A stretch of 63,419 bases of DNA, filler included, from Octopus bimaculoides (Eukaryota): assembly GCF_001194135.2 (NCBI RefSeq). It is 6 parts of 6 records of this genome, joined end to end, with 100 filler letters (N's around TTAATTAATTAA, not from the genome) between each part and the next. Parts side by side here need not be neighbours in the genome. Positions count along the whole stretch, not along the records: positions 23,870 to 38,362 come from NC_068983.1; 5 more parts are not named here. One strand, 5' to 3'. The notes beneath the pieces were generated by a model. It was not told the DNA's origin and did no database searches. It saw only the letters and a list, made by a program, of their open reading frames with translations. The translations under genes and the position numbers were made by a program. This document shows, piece after piece, positions 25,688 through 37,666 of this stretch. Numbering within the stretch: the first letter of the stretch is position 1; every line of letters begins with the position of its first letter.

Positions 25688-27215
25688 GACAGCTGTTTCT
25701 GGGGGCTCGGAGATCCATCATGATGTTGGTAGATGTATTTCACCAAAATATGCAGCCGATAATGGAAGTAAATAAACGTAGGATAAATCGAGCCTCCGTC
25801 ATCAGTGTAGAAACAAAATCTTACATTTCAGATGGTGATGCAGAGAAGTTTAAAAGCAAAATGATTTAATGTGGAGAGCAAGCATATTGAAGTGAGGGTG
25901 TTGGGAGTGTTGAGGCAGGGAAGGAGGAAAGAAAGATAAGAGCCAGTTCAGGAAGATGGAATGGGGTTAACAACCAGGGTACTGAGAGAGGTAGTAGTAG
26001 TAGTAGAGATGGAGAGTTGGGATGAGTGGGAGGAGTAGTAACAGAAGGCTGGTCAGTTGTTGGGTTTGTGAATAGATGTCAAAGTTTAGGGGTAATGGCT
26101 ATAGAACTATGGGAAGTTGAAACAGTGAGAAAGAGGAGGGCATTTATTAGAGGGAGGGGAAGAGTCTAATTCATTAATGCTTATAGAATGGCTAAGGAGT
26201 TGTTGTTGGCACTCCGTCGCTTACGACATCGAGGGTTCCAGTTGATCCGATCAACGGAACAGCCTGCTCGAGAAATTAACGTGCAAGTGGCTGAGCACTC
26301 CACAGACACGTGTACCCTTAACGTAGTTCTCGGGGATATTCAGCGTGACACAGTGTGACACAGTGTGACAAGGCTGACCCTTTGAATAACAGGCACAACA
26401 GAAACAGGAAGTAAGAGTGAGAGAAAGTTGTGGTGAAAGAGTACAGCAGGGTTCGCCACAATCCCCTACTGGAACTTCGTGGAGCTTTAGGTGTTTTCGC
26501 TCAATAAACACTCATAATGCCCGGTCTGGGAATCGAAACTGCGATCCTATGACCGCGAATCCACTGCCCTAACCACTGGGCCATTGCACCTCCATGGCTA
26601 AGGAGTAATTCGAAGAAAAACGGAAGTTCATGGAAGAGGGAGATTACTAAAGTATATGGAAAGGTATGACAGAAGATAGAGGGAAGTGGACAGAGTGGGG
26701 GTGAGTTGGTAGTCAGGACTGCAGTAGTTAGTATTAATTGGTTTAGATTGAAGGGGGGAATCAAATAACAAAGGTGAGTTGGTGGCAGGGGGAGGAGTGA
26801 ATAATCTGGTAGCTAATGCAGTGGGGTTGAAGAGGAATAAAGAGAAAATGGGTAAAGAATACATGTGAAGATAGGATGGTTGTAAGGGGGATGGGATGTG
26901 CTTGATAAGAGGAATAATCAAAAGTAGTCAGAAAGAATAATTTGGTAGAAAAGATGATATCAGTGGAGGAGTAAGTTGTTAGTGAGACCTAGTTGTACCC
27001 TAAGGTTAATTGTAATCAGGAGATTACATAGATTTAACAAAATGGGCAAATGATGAGTAGAAACTGTGTTTGCAAGAGAGTATTACATTTGAGAATCTAT
27101 TAAGTAAGGAGAGATTGTAGTTGTGAAGGATGATTAGCGATTCTCTTAAACACAATTTACAGGGGAAAGTGGCAACAATGAACGGATGTTTCGATCTGTT
27201 AGACATCATCAGTAC
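25688..27215 (-). mobile_element. Penelope-like element remnant, interrupted by SINE C
   Basis: Three HHR-like cores on one strand (27212-27182, 25805-25775, 25725-25688) flank a purine-skewed body. No RT or GIY-YIG motif is readable. Confidence 0.35.
26201..26593 (-). mobile_element. SINE family C, full length, 13-bp TSD
   Basis: ATGGCTAAGGAGT is repeated exactly at 26188-26200 and 26594-26606. Confidence 0.92.
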
Positions 27216-27794
27216 AGTATATTCTACTTCTCTCTGATCAGCTGACAAAGATTTTGACATAAAAAAAAACTCATTTGCCAAATAAAATAAAATGAACTTC
27301 GGGAATTCAAGTGAACCAAAAGCATAAATCCCGATACATCAAGAGGTAATATATTGAATGTCATACACACAAAAAAAAAAAAATAAATAAATAAATAAAT
27401 AAATAATTAAAATTTTTTGCTTTGCTGGAGGAACAGAAAAGAACGAAAACCTAGTGGTGCTTGTTGGTTACTTTATCTCTTATTTACGAATGTGTGTAAG
27501 TAAAGTTAAAGTTATTATTTTAAAGCAAGTTTAAGAATAACAATAGAACATTTTCTGATGGAGGGAGTACAGTTAACATTATTATAAAATTCCTTTTGAC
27601 CAGGAACAAATTTTCCCCTGCTGAAAAGAATTTCATGATACATACGTTCATACAAATATTGGATAGAGTATATGCTTGTTTAGCATCTACCTCTTGTATA
27701 TTCAACGTCTAGGTACACACACAAAACATAGATCACTAAGAACATCTTACATGCACTCACTGCCTATCTATATCTATACACATGCACACATCAT

Positions 27795-27842
<48 letters not shown>

Positions 27843-28356
27843 CACACATGCATATTTATACAGACCTCCAACACGCCCAATAGTATTAATGATTATTCCC
27901 ATATTACACACATTGAAAACACCAATTCGTTGGTGGCAGAAACTCAACTTCAAAGATGGCTTAGGCTGAAGGTAAATAAGAGGAGGAATGGAAATAACAG
28001 AATCAAATATGTTAACAACATTGAGCATAACCTTTTGGGAAAACACGTGAGAAAGTTAACTAAACGATTGATAAGATTTAACCTGATGTATGTAAAACTT
28101 ATCAAAGAGACATACTGTTGTTTTGAATCAGTACTGATGTCACAGTAACAACGAAGTATCATTGGATAGTTTCATCTTCGTTTTTGGAAAATGAAACTAA
28201 AAAAAGCCCATAGTTTCTTAGGGTGAATTTATTACTTATTAATATTTTAGAAACAGCCAAATGAAGTATTAAGAATACAGTAATCTCAATAAAGCCAAGC
28301 CAGAGCATTTTGTTCCCAACTTTGTGCCAATGTTAGTGCAAAATGGCACTGAGATC

Positions 28357-28391
28357 TCACAAAGTTGAGATATCAATGAAAACTTGGCTGT
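28357..28391 (-). CDS. Candidate last coding exon of an unidentified minus-strand gene
   Basis: Acceptor ttttcattcactttgattcag; phase 1; (D)SQVFIDISTL*. Compatible with 29436-29504. Confidence 0.25.
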
Positions 28392-29435
28392 CTGAATCAA
28401 AGTGAATGAAAACTTGCATTAAAAAAAGTTCACATTAGTCATGTTATAGCAAATGATTTAGATAGGTAGTGATGTACTGAATGACATTAACAAAATAATC
28501 TCAATGATTAGGAATTGCTCTTAGTTGGTGAAAGATAAAAAAAAAAAAAAAAAAAATCCCACAGCAGCATATGTCAGAGACTCAAAATAAAGAGATAATT
28601 TTTCCTGAGCATGAAAACTGAATTTTCACACCGAGGACAAAATGATATTTTTAAAGCAGAGAAGGTGACATATACACATGTTCCAGTTTTGTTAGGCATC
28701 GAGAATGAAGGATAATTTTCTGAAGTTTCCTTTGATCATTGGACTTCACTTTTTATAAATGGTCAATGATTATAAAGACTTTGTTCAGTATAATTTACAT
28801 AATTACATAAAGTGAGCTAATGACATAAATTTAGGCGATTGTGACAGGTAGCAATATGCTAAACAACATACACAAAAATTTCTCATCAAGTGGAATTTAT
28901 CTCTTGGTCAGAGAAAGAAAACAAAAATCTATCAGCAATTGTTAGCGACTCTCAATGAAAAAAGGGAAGTAATTTCAAAGAATTAAAAATTAATTTCACA
29001 GAAGATTAATATTCATGATCAGGATAGCCTGATGTGTTTTTCTTTTGTTTATATTTGTTACATACATACATGAATGTGTATGAGTGTTTATTAATTATTT
29101 CTGTAGTCTGAATAAAGTTTTGCATCACCTGAGTCATGACCTATTGATCTTTAATTACTAACTTCTACCACACTCTGACCACATCAACTGCTCAGTTTTT
29201 AGTCATTGAGTACAGGGCTTTATTAAAAAATAGTGTTTACAGGGGAGAAATTTCAACTATGAGAAGGAAAACTACAATTATTGAATATACTGTTTCCCCA
29301 AATTGGATTGTTGACTGACCTTTGCTTTAAATTCAGTGCACCATTATGTTGATATCTTTACATTTTATTGTTTTGAAAGCAGTTATAATTTCCATTTGTT
29401 GGTATATGTGCAGCTAAGGTTTCTAGCTTAACTAC

Positions 29436-29504
29436 CCATGTTTATATATGAGCACATGCTATCACAAATAATTCTTGTCTTCTCAAAAGTTGGCAGATGT
29501 AACT
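29436..29504 (-). CDS. Candidate internal exon
   Basis: Acceptor atcttattttcag; phase 1 to 1; LHLPTFEKTRIICDSMCSYINM; donor g/gtagtt. Confidence 0.3.
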
Positions 29505-29611
29505 CTGAAAATAAGATTTCACATATCAATAACCTAACACAGTTTCTTCTGTCTAATATAACATTTAATAGTCAGTCAAGTAGGAAATGAGTAGAGTATT
29601 TGAAGGCCTGA

Positions 29612-29830
29612 TCAGCCCTTTCAATAATCAGCCCACCTGAAAGTGACTCTGGTTCTGTGATACAACTTTTTATTTTAATATGATGTAACTAAAAAATCTT
29701 CCATCAAAATTCCATGTTGATTTATGTTCCAAACACCAGTTTAATAACAATAGTTCTTTTACAAAATTCTTCAGTATTTTCATAATCTATTAAAAGAAAG
29801 GCAGTTGATTTCAAGAGAAATACAGTAAAA
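29612..29830. mobile_element. Degenerate TTAA-type MITE (piggyBac-like)
   Basis: Starts cagccctttcaataatcagcccacctg and ends ..caagagaaatacagtaaaaa. Ends are eroded; recognised from memory as a recurrent family. Confidence 0.35.
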
Positions 29831-30089
29831 AAAAAAAGTGTGTGTGTGTGTGTGTGTGTGTTAGATTATTTACATTATTTGATTAAATGCCCTCAATATT
29901 CTCAGTTGAAATCCTACTAAATCCCATTCTACCAATTATATCAGATCAATAGCATGAACACTAAGCTTATACAAGAGTTGATTTCCACTACACTCATTCC
30001 CCTACACATTTCTGGATGTGTACTATTTAGAAAAATCAATGAAATCAACAAGATTGGTAGACCACTTTATAATTTAAACACATGGTGTT

Positions 30090-30275
30090 AATTTTGAGGG
30101 AGGGATTTAGTCAATTATGTCAAACCTCATACTTGAATAGTACTTTGTTTTATCAACCCCCAAAAAAGAAAGGCCAAGTTTACCGTGGAGGGAGTTGAAC
30201 TCAGACTGTAAAAGGCCAGAAGAAAAGCTGCAAACCATTTTAGCAATGCTCTCATGATTCTGCCATTCTACTGTC
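30090..30275 (-). mobile_element. SINE B, degenerate
   Basis: gaaaggccaagtttaccgtggagggagttgaactcag..tgattctgcca is the reversed core and head. Confidence 0.6.
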
Positions 30276-30784
30276 CCAATTAGGTAAATTAATGTCAACT
30301 GTTTAGTAATTTAAATAACTTACTCGGAAGCTCAATCCAGTATCAGAATATGTTGCAGTGTGAGCATTTCTTTCATGATTTAGAACCAGAATTGTTAACA
30401 CTTAAAAATTACTATAAGCTCCCATTACTAACAAGGGAGAGCTGTAACTAGACATGATTCCTGTTTATAGTGGGAAAACTTTCTAAAGGTAAGGTTGATA
30501 CTAACATACATACTTAAAACATAGAAAGCCAAGAAATTCTAATTAATTAAAATGACAGTTGTGTCAAATGAAGAGAAAGACTCATTAGATAATATGATCA
30601 ATTCTGGTAAGCAAAGCAAAGTAGGCAATACCAAAATTTTAATTAAAATTATTGGTGCATCTAATCTTGGCAGTATGGAGAAAACTTTGGTTATGTTTCA
30701 GTCTTGTTAAACCTTGTCAGGGAAGTAGAGTCTATAACAGTACTATCAAACAATGATGACTTGACAGATAATTTTTATTGCCCT

Positions 30785-30978
30785 CCTGACTGGCCCTCGT
30801 GCCGGTGGCATGTAAAAGCACCCACTACACTCTCGGAGTGGTTGGCGTTAGGAAGGGTATCCAGCTGTAGAAACTCTGCCAAATCAGATTGAAGCCTGGT
30901 GTTGCCTCCTGGTCCACCAGTCCTCAGTCAAATTGTTCAACCCATGCTAGCATGGAAAGCGGACATTAAACAACAATA
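30785..30978 (+). mobile_element. RTE-family 3' tail fragment
   Basis: gcacccactacactctcggagtggttggcgttaggaaggg..cccatgctagcatggaaagcggacattaaac is the reverse complement of 34435-34600. Confidence 0.75.
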
Positions 30979-30984
30979 CTTTCT

Positions 30985-31151
30985 TTTTAGTTTTACTTAT
31001 TTCAATCACTGGAAACCACCTTGAAGGGTGTAGTCAAACAAACCAACCCTAGTACTTATTTTTAAAGTTTTGTACTCTCAGTTTCTTTTGCTAAACTGCT
31101 TACAAGACCATAAACAAACCAGCACTGGTTGTTCAGTTGGATGGGGGTGTG

Positions 31152-31182
<31 letters not shown>

Positions 31183-31362
31183 TCACACATATATGCATAT
31201 ATATACATAAAATGGGCTTCCATACAGTTTCTGTCTCCCAAATTCACTAACAAGGCATTCGTTATTTATAGATGGCACTTGCCCAAGTTGCTGCAAAGTG
31301 GTACTGAACCTAAAACTACATGGTTGCAGAGTGAGCTTCTTAACCATCAGGCATGCTTATGC
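30985..31362 (-). mobile_element. SINE A, CpG-decayed
   Basis: Reversed tail, internal (CA)n and head (gcacttgcccaag..gaacc..accatcaggcatgc). Confidence 0.75.
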
Positions 31363-31711
31363 CGGTAAATATTAAGAAGTGCAACTGCTAACTTTGAATT
31401 TTTGCCAATACTTGCTTAATGGAACAGTTCTGAGAAATCAGTATTGGCAAAACTTTGAAGTAAGCAGTCACAATTATTAATTAATAAGAAGCATTACGCA
31501 CACATACAATGATAAAATTGAAGTTCCAAATTGTTAGTTGCTTACATATTAAAATAGTAAAAGGTTATGTTAGAAGTAAAAAGAATACTATATCAATTAG
31601 CAATACATAACTCAAAAATTAAGGAATAATACAGCAAACAAAGTTCTATTAGTAAGATCTGAGGAAACTGAGAGAAGTCTACATTGGTAGAAATCATTTA
31701 GGAAAGTTTAC

Positions 31712-31813
31712 AAATTTAGATAAAGTGGTATTCCATGGGGAGATATAAATATAGGTAAGGTCCTTCTTCAAATCTAATTGCTCAGTGATTCTATAAATAT
31801 CAACAATTTCTCT
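31712..31813 (-). CDS. Candidate internal exon
   Basis: Strong acceptor caatccttcttctctttag; 102 nt; phase 0 to 0; REIVDIYRITEQLDLKKDLTYIYISPWNTTLSKF; donor gtaaac. Only this frame is open. Confidence 0.4.
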
Positions 31814-31910
31814 CTAAAGAGAAGAAGGATTGATGTCAGTTCTCACAGGATATGAACTTATACACTTTTGAGTTGGAGAGTAATTTAAGTCAAGAATAGT
31901 GATATACAGT

Positions 31911-32268
31911 GGAGGCGCAATGGCCCAGTGGTTAGGGCAGTGGACTCGTGGTCATAGGATTGCGGTTTCGATTCCCAGACCGAGCATTTTGAGTGTTTAT
32001 TGAGCGAAAACACCTAAAACTCCGGCAGGGGATGGTGGCGAACCCTGCTGTACTTTCACCACAACTTTCTCTCACTCTTACTTGCTGTTTCTGTTGTGCC
32101 TGTATTTCAAAGGGTCAGCCTTGTTACACTGTGTCACTCTGAATATCTCTGAGAACTACGTTAAGGGTACACGTGTCAGTGAAGTGCTCAGCCACTTGCA
32201 CGTTAATTTCATGAGCAGGCTGTTCCGTTGATCGGATCAACTGGACCCTCGACAGAGTGCCAACAACA
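31911..32268 (+). mobile_element. SINE family C, full length, 11-bp TSD
   Basis: AGTGATATACA at 31898-31908 and 32269-32279. Several CpG>TpG/CpA changes relative to the other copies. Confidence 0.9.
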
Positions 32269-32387
32269 AGTGATATACATCAGTAAAGAAAAATAACAGG
32301 TCAATTTGTAAGCTAATTGAGTTTTGTCAGCTCAGTGTCTATTGTTGTTCAGCACCAGGTCACTTCTGAACTATGATAAAAAAACAC

Positions 32388-32615
32388 TTAACTCTTTAGC
32401 ATTCAGATTACTCTATCAAATGTAACCCTTATTCATTCACATTGTTTTGAATTAATCTTGTATTATCTTCTTACTACAAGATTTCAATGCTGTGATTGTT
32501 TATTTTTAGAATGGCATTGTATGATCAATATAAGAGGTCAGATCCAGTCAGTCTGAACATAAAACAGGTAGAATATTTGGGTCAGATGTGGCTGGTTTAA
32601 ATACTAAAGGGTTAA
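32388..32615. mobile_element. Non-autonomous piggyBac-like MITE
   Basis: TTAA-CTCTTTAGCATT ... AATACTAAAGGG-TTAA: TIRs with a TTAA target duplication. Confidence 0.75.
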
Positions 32616-33646
32616 ACCATGATCATCCCTTCTTTCTTTCAAGTAGTATACCTCTAGGATCACATTATTTAACGTGACCTTTTCTCTTTGAGATGGTAGA
32701 GTACAATTTGAGGGAGTTTTGCTTTCAATTTCTAGTAGCTTCAGTCACCATGTAGAGGCTTCCTCTTTGGCTTATTACCATCTCCAGTTGATGGAGCAAG
32801 TTACTAAGAATTGACAACCAAAACAAGGACAAGTAGAAATCTTGCCTCCATAGGCAAAACACAGCCTGACATACTGTGCTAAACTCATGACTATTCAACT
32901 CCAGTAGATTAAAATATTATCAGAATATAAGTAACCACAATGTTGTTATCAGACAATAGTATAGGAAAGCTAGCTAACTGAAAATATAGCAGAGTCACTA
33001 GTAAACACTTAAACATTAGCCATTATTAACTATACATTTAACACTTGACCTTAAGATGTTTTCAGGAAGTGACCTTAAGGACATTGGCACAATCTGCCTC
33101 TCAGATTTCGAAGTAGTACTCACTTAATGCAACAAATCCGAAGTAGCTACTTTCTAGTAAATTGCATCGTTTGTATTTGGTGTTAACAGTTTCTCAAAAT
33201 ACACAAGCCACGTGTGCATGTACTCAACACATCACATACACACACACACTCACAAATACTCGTATATCACTCAACCACAAAAATAAACTAGCCAAGTGGA
33301 TAAAGCATAGGGGTATTTAGCGCAAGAAAAAAATGACAAGTTTAAAAGACACTGAAAACATTTCATTGTATCTGTAAAATGAGATACTTTTAACTCTAGT
33401 TGCATCATTCGTAAAATAAAATAATCTCATGTGCAGATGCAAGAAGTAATTTTTGAAATTTTAGTCAGAATACTTCTTCAAATGACATACAAAGAACAGT
33501 GTTATAGAGAAGCAAAGTTCGGTGGGCGGCTTTTGTCTTCTCCCATTTATATCATCATGTTTATAATTCATTTCATCTCATTAATGTGTTTGTCCAGCTC
33601 GCAGCTACTCTGCGTTCTGCCTCTATGGCAAATTGTAATGAAATAA

Positions 33647-33785
33647 AGTAGCTTGCTTACCAACCACATGGTTCCGGGTTCATTCCCACTGCGTGGCACC
33701 TTGGGCAAGTGTCTTCTACTGTAGCCTCGGGCTGACCAAAGCCTTGTGAGTGGATTTGGTAGACAGAAACTGAAAGAAGCCTGTC

Positions 33786-33833
<48 letters not shown>

Positions 33834-34031
33834 ATATGTTTGTGTGTCTGTGTTTGTCCCCCCCCAACATCGCTTGACAACCGATGCTGGTGTGTTTACG
33901 TCCCCCATAACTTAGCGGTTCGGCAAAAGAGACCGATAGAATAAGTACTAGGATTACAAAGAATAAGACCTGGGGTCGATTTGTTCGACTAAAAGCAGTG
34001 CTCTAGCATGGCTGCAGTCAAATGACTGAAA
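33647..34031 (+). mobile_element. SINE A, near full length (5' few nt missing)
   Basis: Colinear with 18053-18455; internal (AT)n; (taaaagaa)n tail. Confidence 0.9.
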
Positions 34032-34216
34032 CAAATAAAAGAATAAAAGAATATATGTTTTACTTTATTTGATCCTTTTTACTGTTATCTATTTTAGGTT
34101 TTCCTTTTTTCTGTCTTTAATTACAATCCTGTCTTCTCTCCCTTTCTATTGTTTTTTTTTTATTTAATTGTTTCTGCCATTTTTCTCTGTATCTACTTCC
34201 CACTCTGTATACTTAC

Positions 34217-34292
34217 AAAAAGTTTTGCCATCTGTCCAACTTCAGATATTTGATCTCTGTTACATAATGAAATAAAGTGTTCCCCTGGTGAC
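34217..34292 (-). CDS. Candidate internal exon
   Basis: Branch-like cttaac and acceptor tacaacag; 76 nt; phase 2 to 0; SPGEHFISLCNRDQISEVGQMAKLF; consensus donor gtaagt. Confidence 0.4.
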
Positions 34293-34434
34293 CTGTTGTA
34301 GTTAAGTATTCAATTGAACTAGGGACATCCAATGCAAGAGTTCCAAACAACTACAATAGTGAAATGTATGTAGGGAACAAATACTATAAATTTGTTTATC
34401 ATAATTTCTCATAAATATATATATATATATATAT

Positions 34435-35140
34435 ATCATCATTGTTTAACATCCGCTTTACATGCTGGCATGGATTGGATGGCTTAACTGAGGACTAGCA
34501 AGCCAGGTGGTTGCACCAGGCTCCAATGTGACCTGGTGAGGTTTCTACAGCTAGATGCCCTTCCTAACACCACCCACTCCAAGAGTGTAGTGGGTGCATT
34601 TTATGTGCCATTCAGGCGGTACTGACACCGGTCACGCTCAAATGGTGCTTTTTATATGCCACCAGCACGGGAGCCAGTCAAGCGACACTAGTATTGCCCA
34701 CTCTTGAATGGTGCTTTTTACGTGCCACCAGCATGGGTGCTAGTCAGGCAGCGCTGGCATCAGCCATGCTCAAATGGTGCTTTTTACGTGCCACCAGCAT
34801 GGGTGTCAGCTAGGTAGCACTGGTATCAGCCATGACTATGATTCCACTTGGCTCTACAGGTTTTCTCAAGTACAGCAAATTGCCCGACAATTGAAGGGAT
34901 ACTTATAAACGGGTCAGTTATGCGACACTGGCATCAACCACAGCTATGATCTCACTTGGCTTGCCAGGTCTTCTCAAGCACAGCATATCTCCATTACCTG
35001 TCGCCTGTCATTACCTCTCTGAGGCCCAACCATCAAAGGTGGTGCCTCACCACCTCATCCAATGTCTTCCTGGGTTCTCTCCACTGTTAGGGTGTGACAC
35101 TTCATCACACAGCTGCCCTCATCCATACACAACACATGAC
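34435..35140 (-). mobile_element. RTE LINE 3' end (ORF C-terminus plus 3' UTR with 66-bp repeats)
   Basis: Reverse complement: WYGHVLCMDEGSCVMKCHTLTVE..(R)PRKTLDEVVRHHL..WRYAVLEKTWQAK*, a typical RTE C-terminus. (GAT)n tail at 34435. Confidence 0.85.
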
Positions 35141-35149
35141 CATACCATA

Positions 35150-35415
35150 TATATGTACGTGTGTCTGTATGCATATGCATTTGTATGTACCCTTGTCCCT
35201 ATATCTTTGACGGTTGTAAATGAGCATCATCAAAGTCATGCAAGTGAGGTTGCACATTTCTGTTCTTCAGTAAAAAACATGTCTACGTATGGGGAAATAT
35301 TACCTTGCTTGGAAGCAGGTGAAGGGCATCCAGTTATATAAGATCTGACTCAAAAAATTTCGTCTGACCCATGCAAGCATAGAAAAGTGAACATTAAATG
35401 ATGAAGACAATGATG
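35150..35415 (+). mobile_element. SINE 3' part with an RTE-type tail
   Basis: Ends gaagggcatccag..cccatgcaagcatagaaaagtgaacattaaatgatgaag, similar to the RTE tail. Confidence 0.55.
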
Positions 35416-35444
35416 ATTAATCAGGTGTGTGTGTGTATTTTTTT

Positions 35445-35844
35445 CTTCTTTTATTTGTTTCAGTCATTTGACTGCAGCCATGCTGGAGCACCGCCTTTAG
35501 TTGAGCAAATCGACCCCAGGACTTATTCTTTGTAAGCCTAGTACTTATTCTAGCGGTCACTCTTGCCGAACCACTAAGTGACAGGGACGTAAACACACCA
35601 GCATCAGTTGTCAAGAGATGTTGGGGGGACAAACATAGACACACAAACATATACATTTATATATATATATATATATATATATGACAGGCTTCTTTCAGTT
35701 TCCGCCTACCAAATCCACTCACAAAGCTTTGGTCGGCCCAAGGCTATAGTAGAAGACACTTGCCCAAGGTGCCACGCAGTGGGACTGAACCCGGAACCAT
35801 GTGGTTAGTACGCAAGCTACTTACCACACAGCCACTCCTGTGCC
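35445..35844 (-). mobile_element. SINE A, full length
   Basis: Reverse complement of the 18053-18455 type; head ggcacaggagtggctgtgtggtaag. Confidence 0.9.
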
Positions 35845-36441
35845 TATGTGTGTATGAATGTATATAAAGGTGTATGGGTATTCATTTATATGATAGTTAA
35901 AACCTACATAGAGGTCCTTTGTTTCAAATTTGTTTTTTGCTATTTAATTTGTTGAGACTGGAGGAATAGGCAGTGTCCATGACCACTGCAAGTTTTTCTG
36001 AGACCAGTTGAGCTGTTCCATTTAAATTGTTATTGGTCAACATCTGTAGGAAAGACATCAGCAGAAATAAAATTCTAGAGAGTTGGTATTCTAGAAAGAA
36101 AGGACTAGGAATAATGATAAATGGAGGGGTCTAGAGGATGGGTTGGGGTATGGGTTTTGGGTGGAACAATGGGGGTCTAGAGGTGAAAAGATGAGTGGAA
36201 TGGAAATGCCTTGGTAGTAGAGATGCGAGAAGCAGCCAGTTCTAAGGAAATTATGTAATCTCATAAAAAGTATTCAAGGTACTTGAGCAATTGTTATGAG
36301 ATTATACAAGTTGAACTGGAAGAGCTTGCTGTATAGTTAACCTAAAATGAATATATCAACTTTGAATCATAAAATGTATTAAATGTAGAGAGAACTTCAT
36401 TGAACAGTGGGTCTCTCAAGTTTGTAATTGAGAATATCCTA

Positions 36442-36478
<37 letters not shown>

Positions 36479-36592
36479 CATTTTTGTATTTGGTTAGCAA
36501 GATTCTTCATGTGAATTAGTGTGTTGAAGCATATCTTATTGTGCTTGGGGAGAGTAATTCTCTTTTAGTGCCTTCTTATTTAACACACTCAC

Positions 36593-36755
36593 CGGTTCAA
36601 TTTCCACTAATTTACTTCTTTATTTTTTCCTAAAATTTTCTTTGCATCTTGCAACCTTTTCAATAGTCTTTGACTCTCAACAACTATTGAAAAGGTTGCA
36701 AGACAACAAAAAATTTAGAAAAAATAAATAAGTAAATGGGTGGAAATTGAACCAG
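36593..36755. repeat. Long inverted repeat (foldback), right arm running into a gap
   Basis: ~74-bp arms 36593-36667 and 36683-36755 around a 15-nt loop. Confidence 0.85.
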
Positions 36756-37449
36756 NNNNNNNNNNNNNNNNNNNNNNNNNNNNNNNNNNNNNNNNNNNNN
36801 NNNNNNNNNNNNNNNNNNNNNNNNNNNNNNNNNNNNNNNNNNNNNNNNNNNNNNNNNNNNNNNNNNNNNNNNNNNNNNNNNNNNNNNNNNNNNNNNNNNN
36901 NNNNNNNNNNNNNNNNNNNNNNNNNNNNNNNNNNNNNNNNNNNNNNNNNNNNNNNNNNNNNNNNNNNNNNNNNNNNNNNNNNNNNNNNNNNNNNNNNNNN
37001 NNNNNNNNNNNNNNNNNNNNNNNNNNNNNNNNNNNNNNNNNNNNNNNNNNNNNNNNNNNNNNNNNNNNNNNNNNNNNNNNNNNNNNNNNNNNNNNNNNNN
37101 NNNNNNNNNNNNNNNNNNNNNNNNNNNNNNNNNNNNNNNNNNNNNNNNNNNNNNNNNNNNNNNNNNNNNNNNNNNNNNNNNNNNNNNNNNNNNNNNNNNN
37201 NNNNNNNNNNNNNNNNNNNNNNNNNNNNNNNNNNNNNNNNNNNNNNNNNNNNNNNNNNNNNNNNNNNNNNNNNNNNNNNNNNNNNNNNNNNNNNNNNNNN
37301 NNNNNNNNNNNNNNNNNNNNNNNNNNNNNNNNNNNNNNNNNNNNNNNNNNNNNNNNNNNNNNNNNNNNNNNNNNNNNNNNNNNNNNNNNNNNNNNNNNNN
37401 NNNNNNNNNNNNNNNNNNNNNNNNNNNNNNNNNNNNNNNNNNNNNNNNN

Positions 37450-37502
<53 letters not shown>

Positions 37503-37666
37503 CGGTGCATGCTCTGAATGAAATCATTGCCTTTTTTTAATGCTACCACCTGGCAGGCTAGTAATAGTTTGTGTCAGAACCAACTAAATTGGAAATAAAA
37601 ACAAATATGATATATGCTTTGTGTTATTTGGGGAAAACACCCAGAATATTAATGTCTAGTACATAC

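Noticed and set aside
27864-27969. Plus-strand exon-like RPPTRPIVLMIIP..RWWQKLNFKDGLG*
   Set aside because: The acceptor lies in microsatellite-adjacent sequence, with no supporting upstream exons or homology.
30552-30712. Plus-strand 52-aa ORF with KILIKIIGASNL (C2-domain-like strand), and 18-nt micro-exon 30471-30488
   Set aside because: Short, ends in a stop, weak acceptor, and no further C2 motifs.
31657-31748. Plus-strand LRKLREVYIGRNHL, matching the LRR consensus
   Set aside because: Single repeat bounded by stops, with no good acceptor. It overlaps the better-supported minus-strand exon, so chance is plausible.
33055-33126. DLKDIGTICLSDF resembling an EF-hand loop or the COX1 KDIGT motif
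   Set aside because: Isolated, lacks ligand residues at positions 3 and 5, and stops immediately.
35907-36042. Minus-strand segment with good splice sites and TCSGHGHC (EGF-like)
   Set aside because: All three frames contain stops between the sites. At best a non-coding exon.
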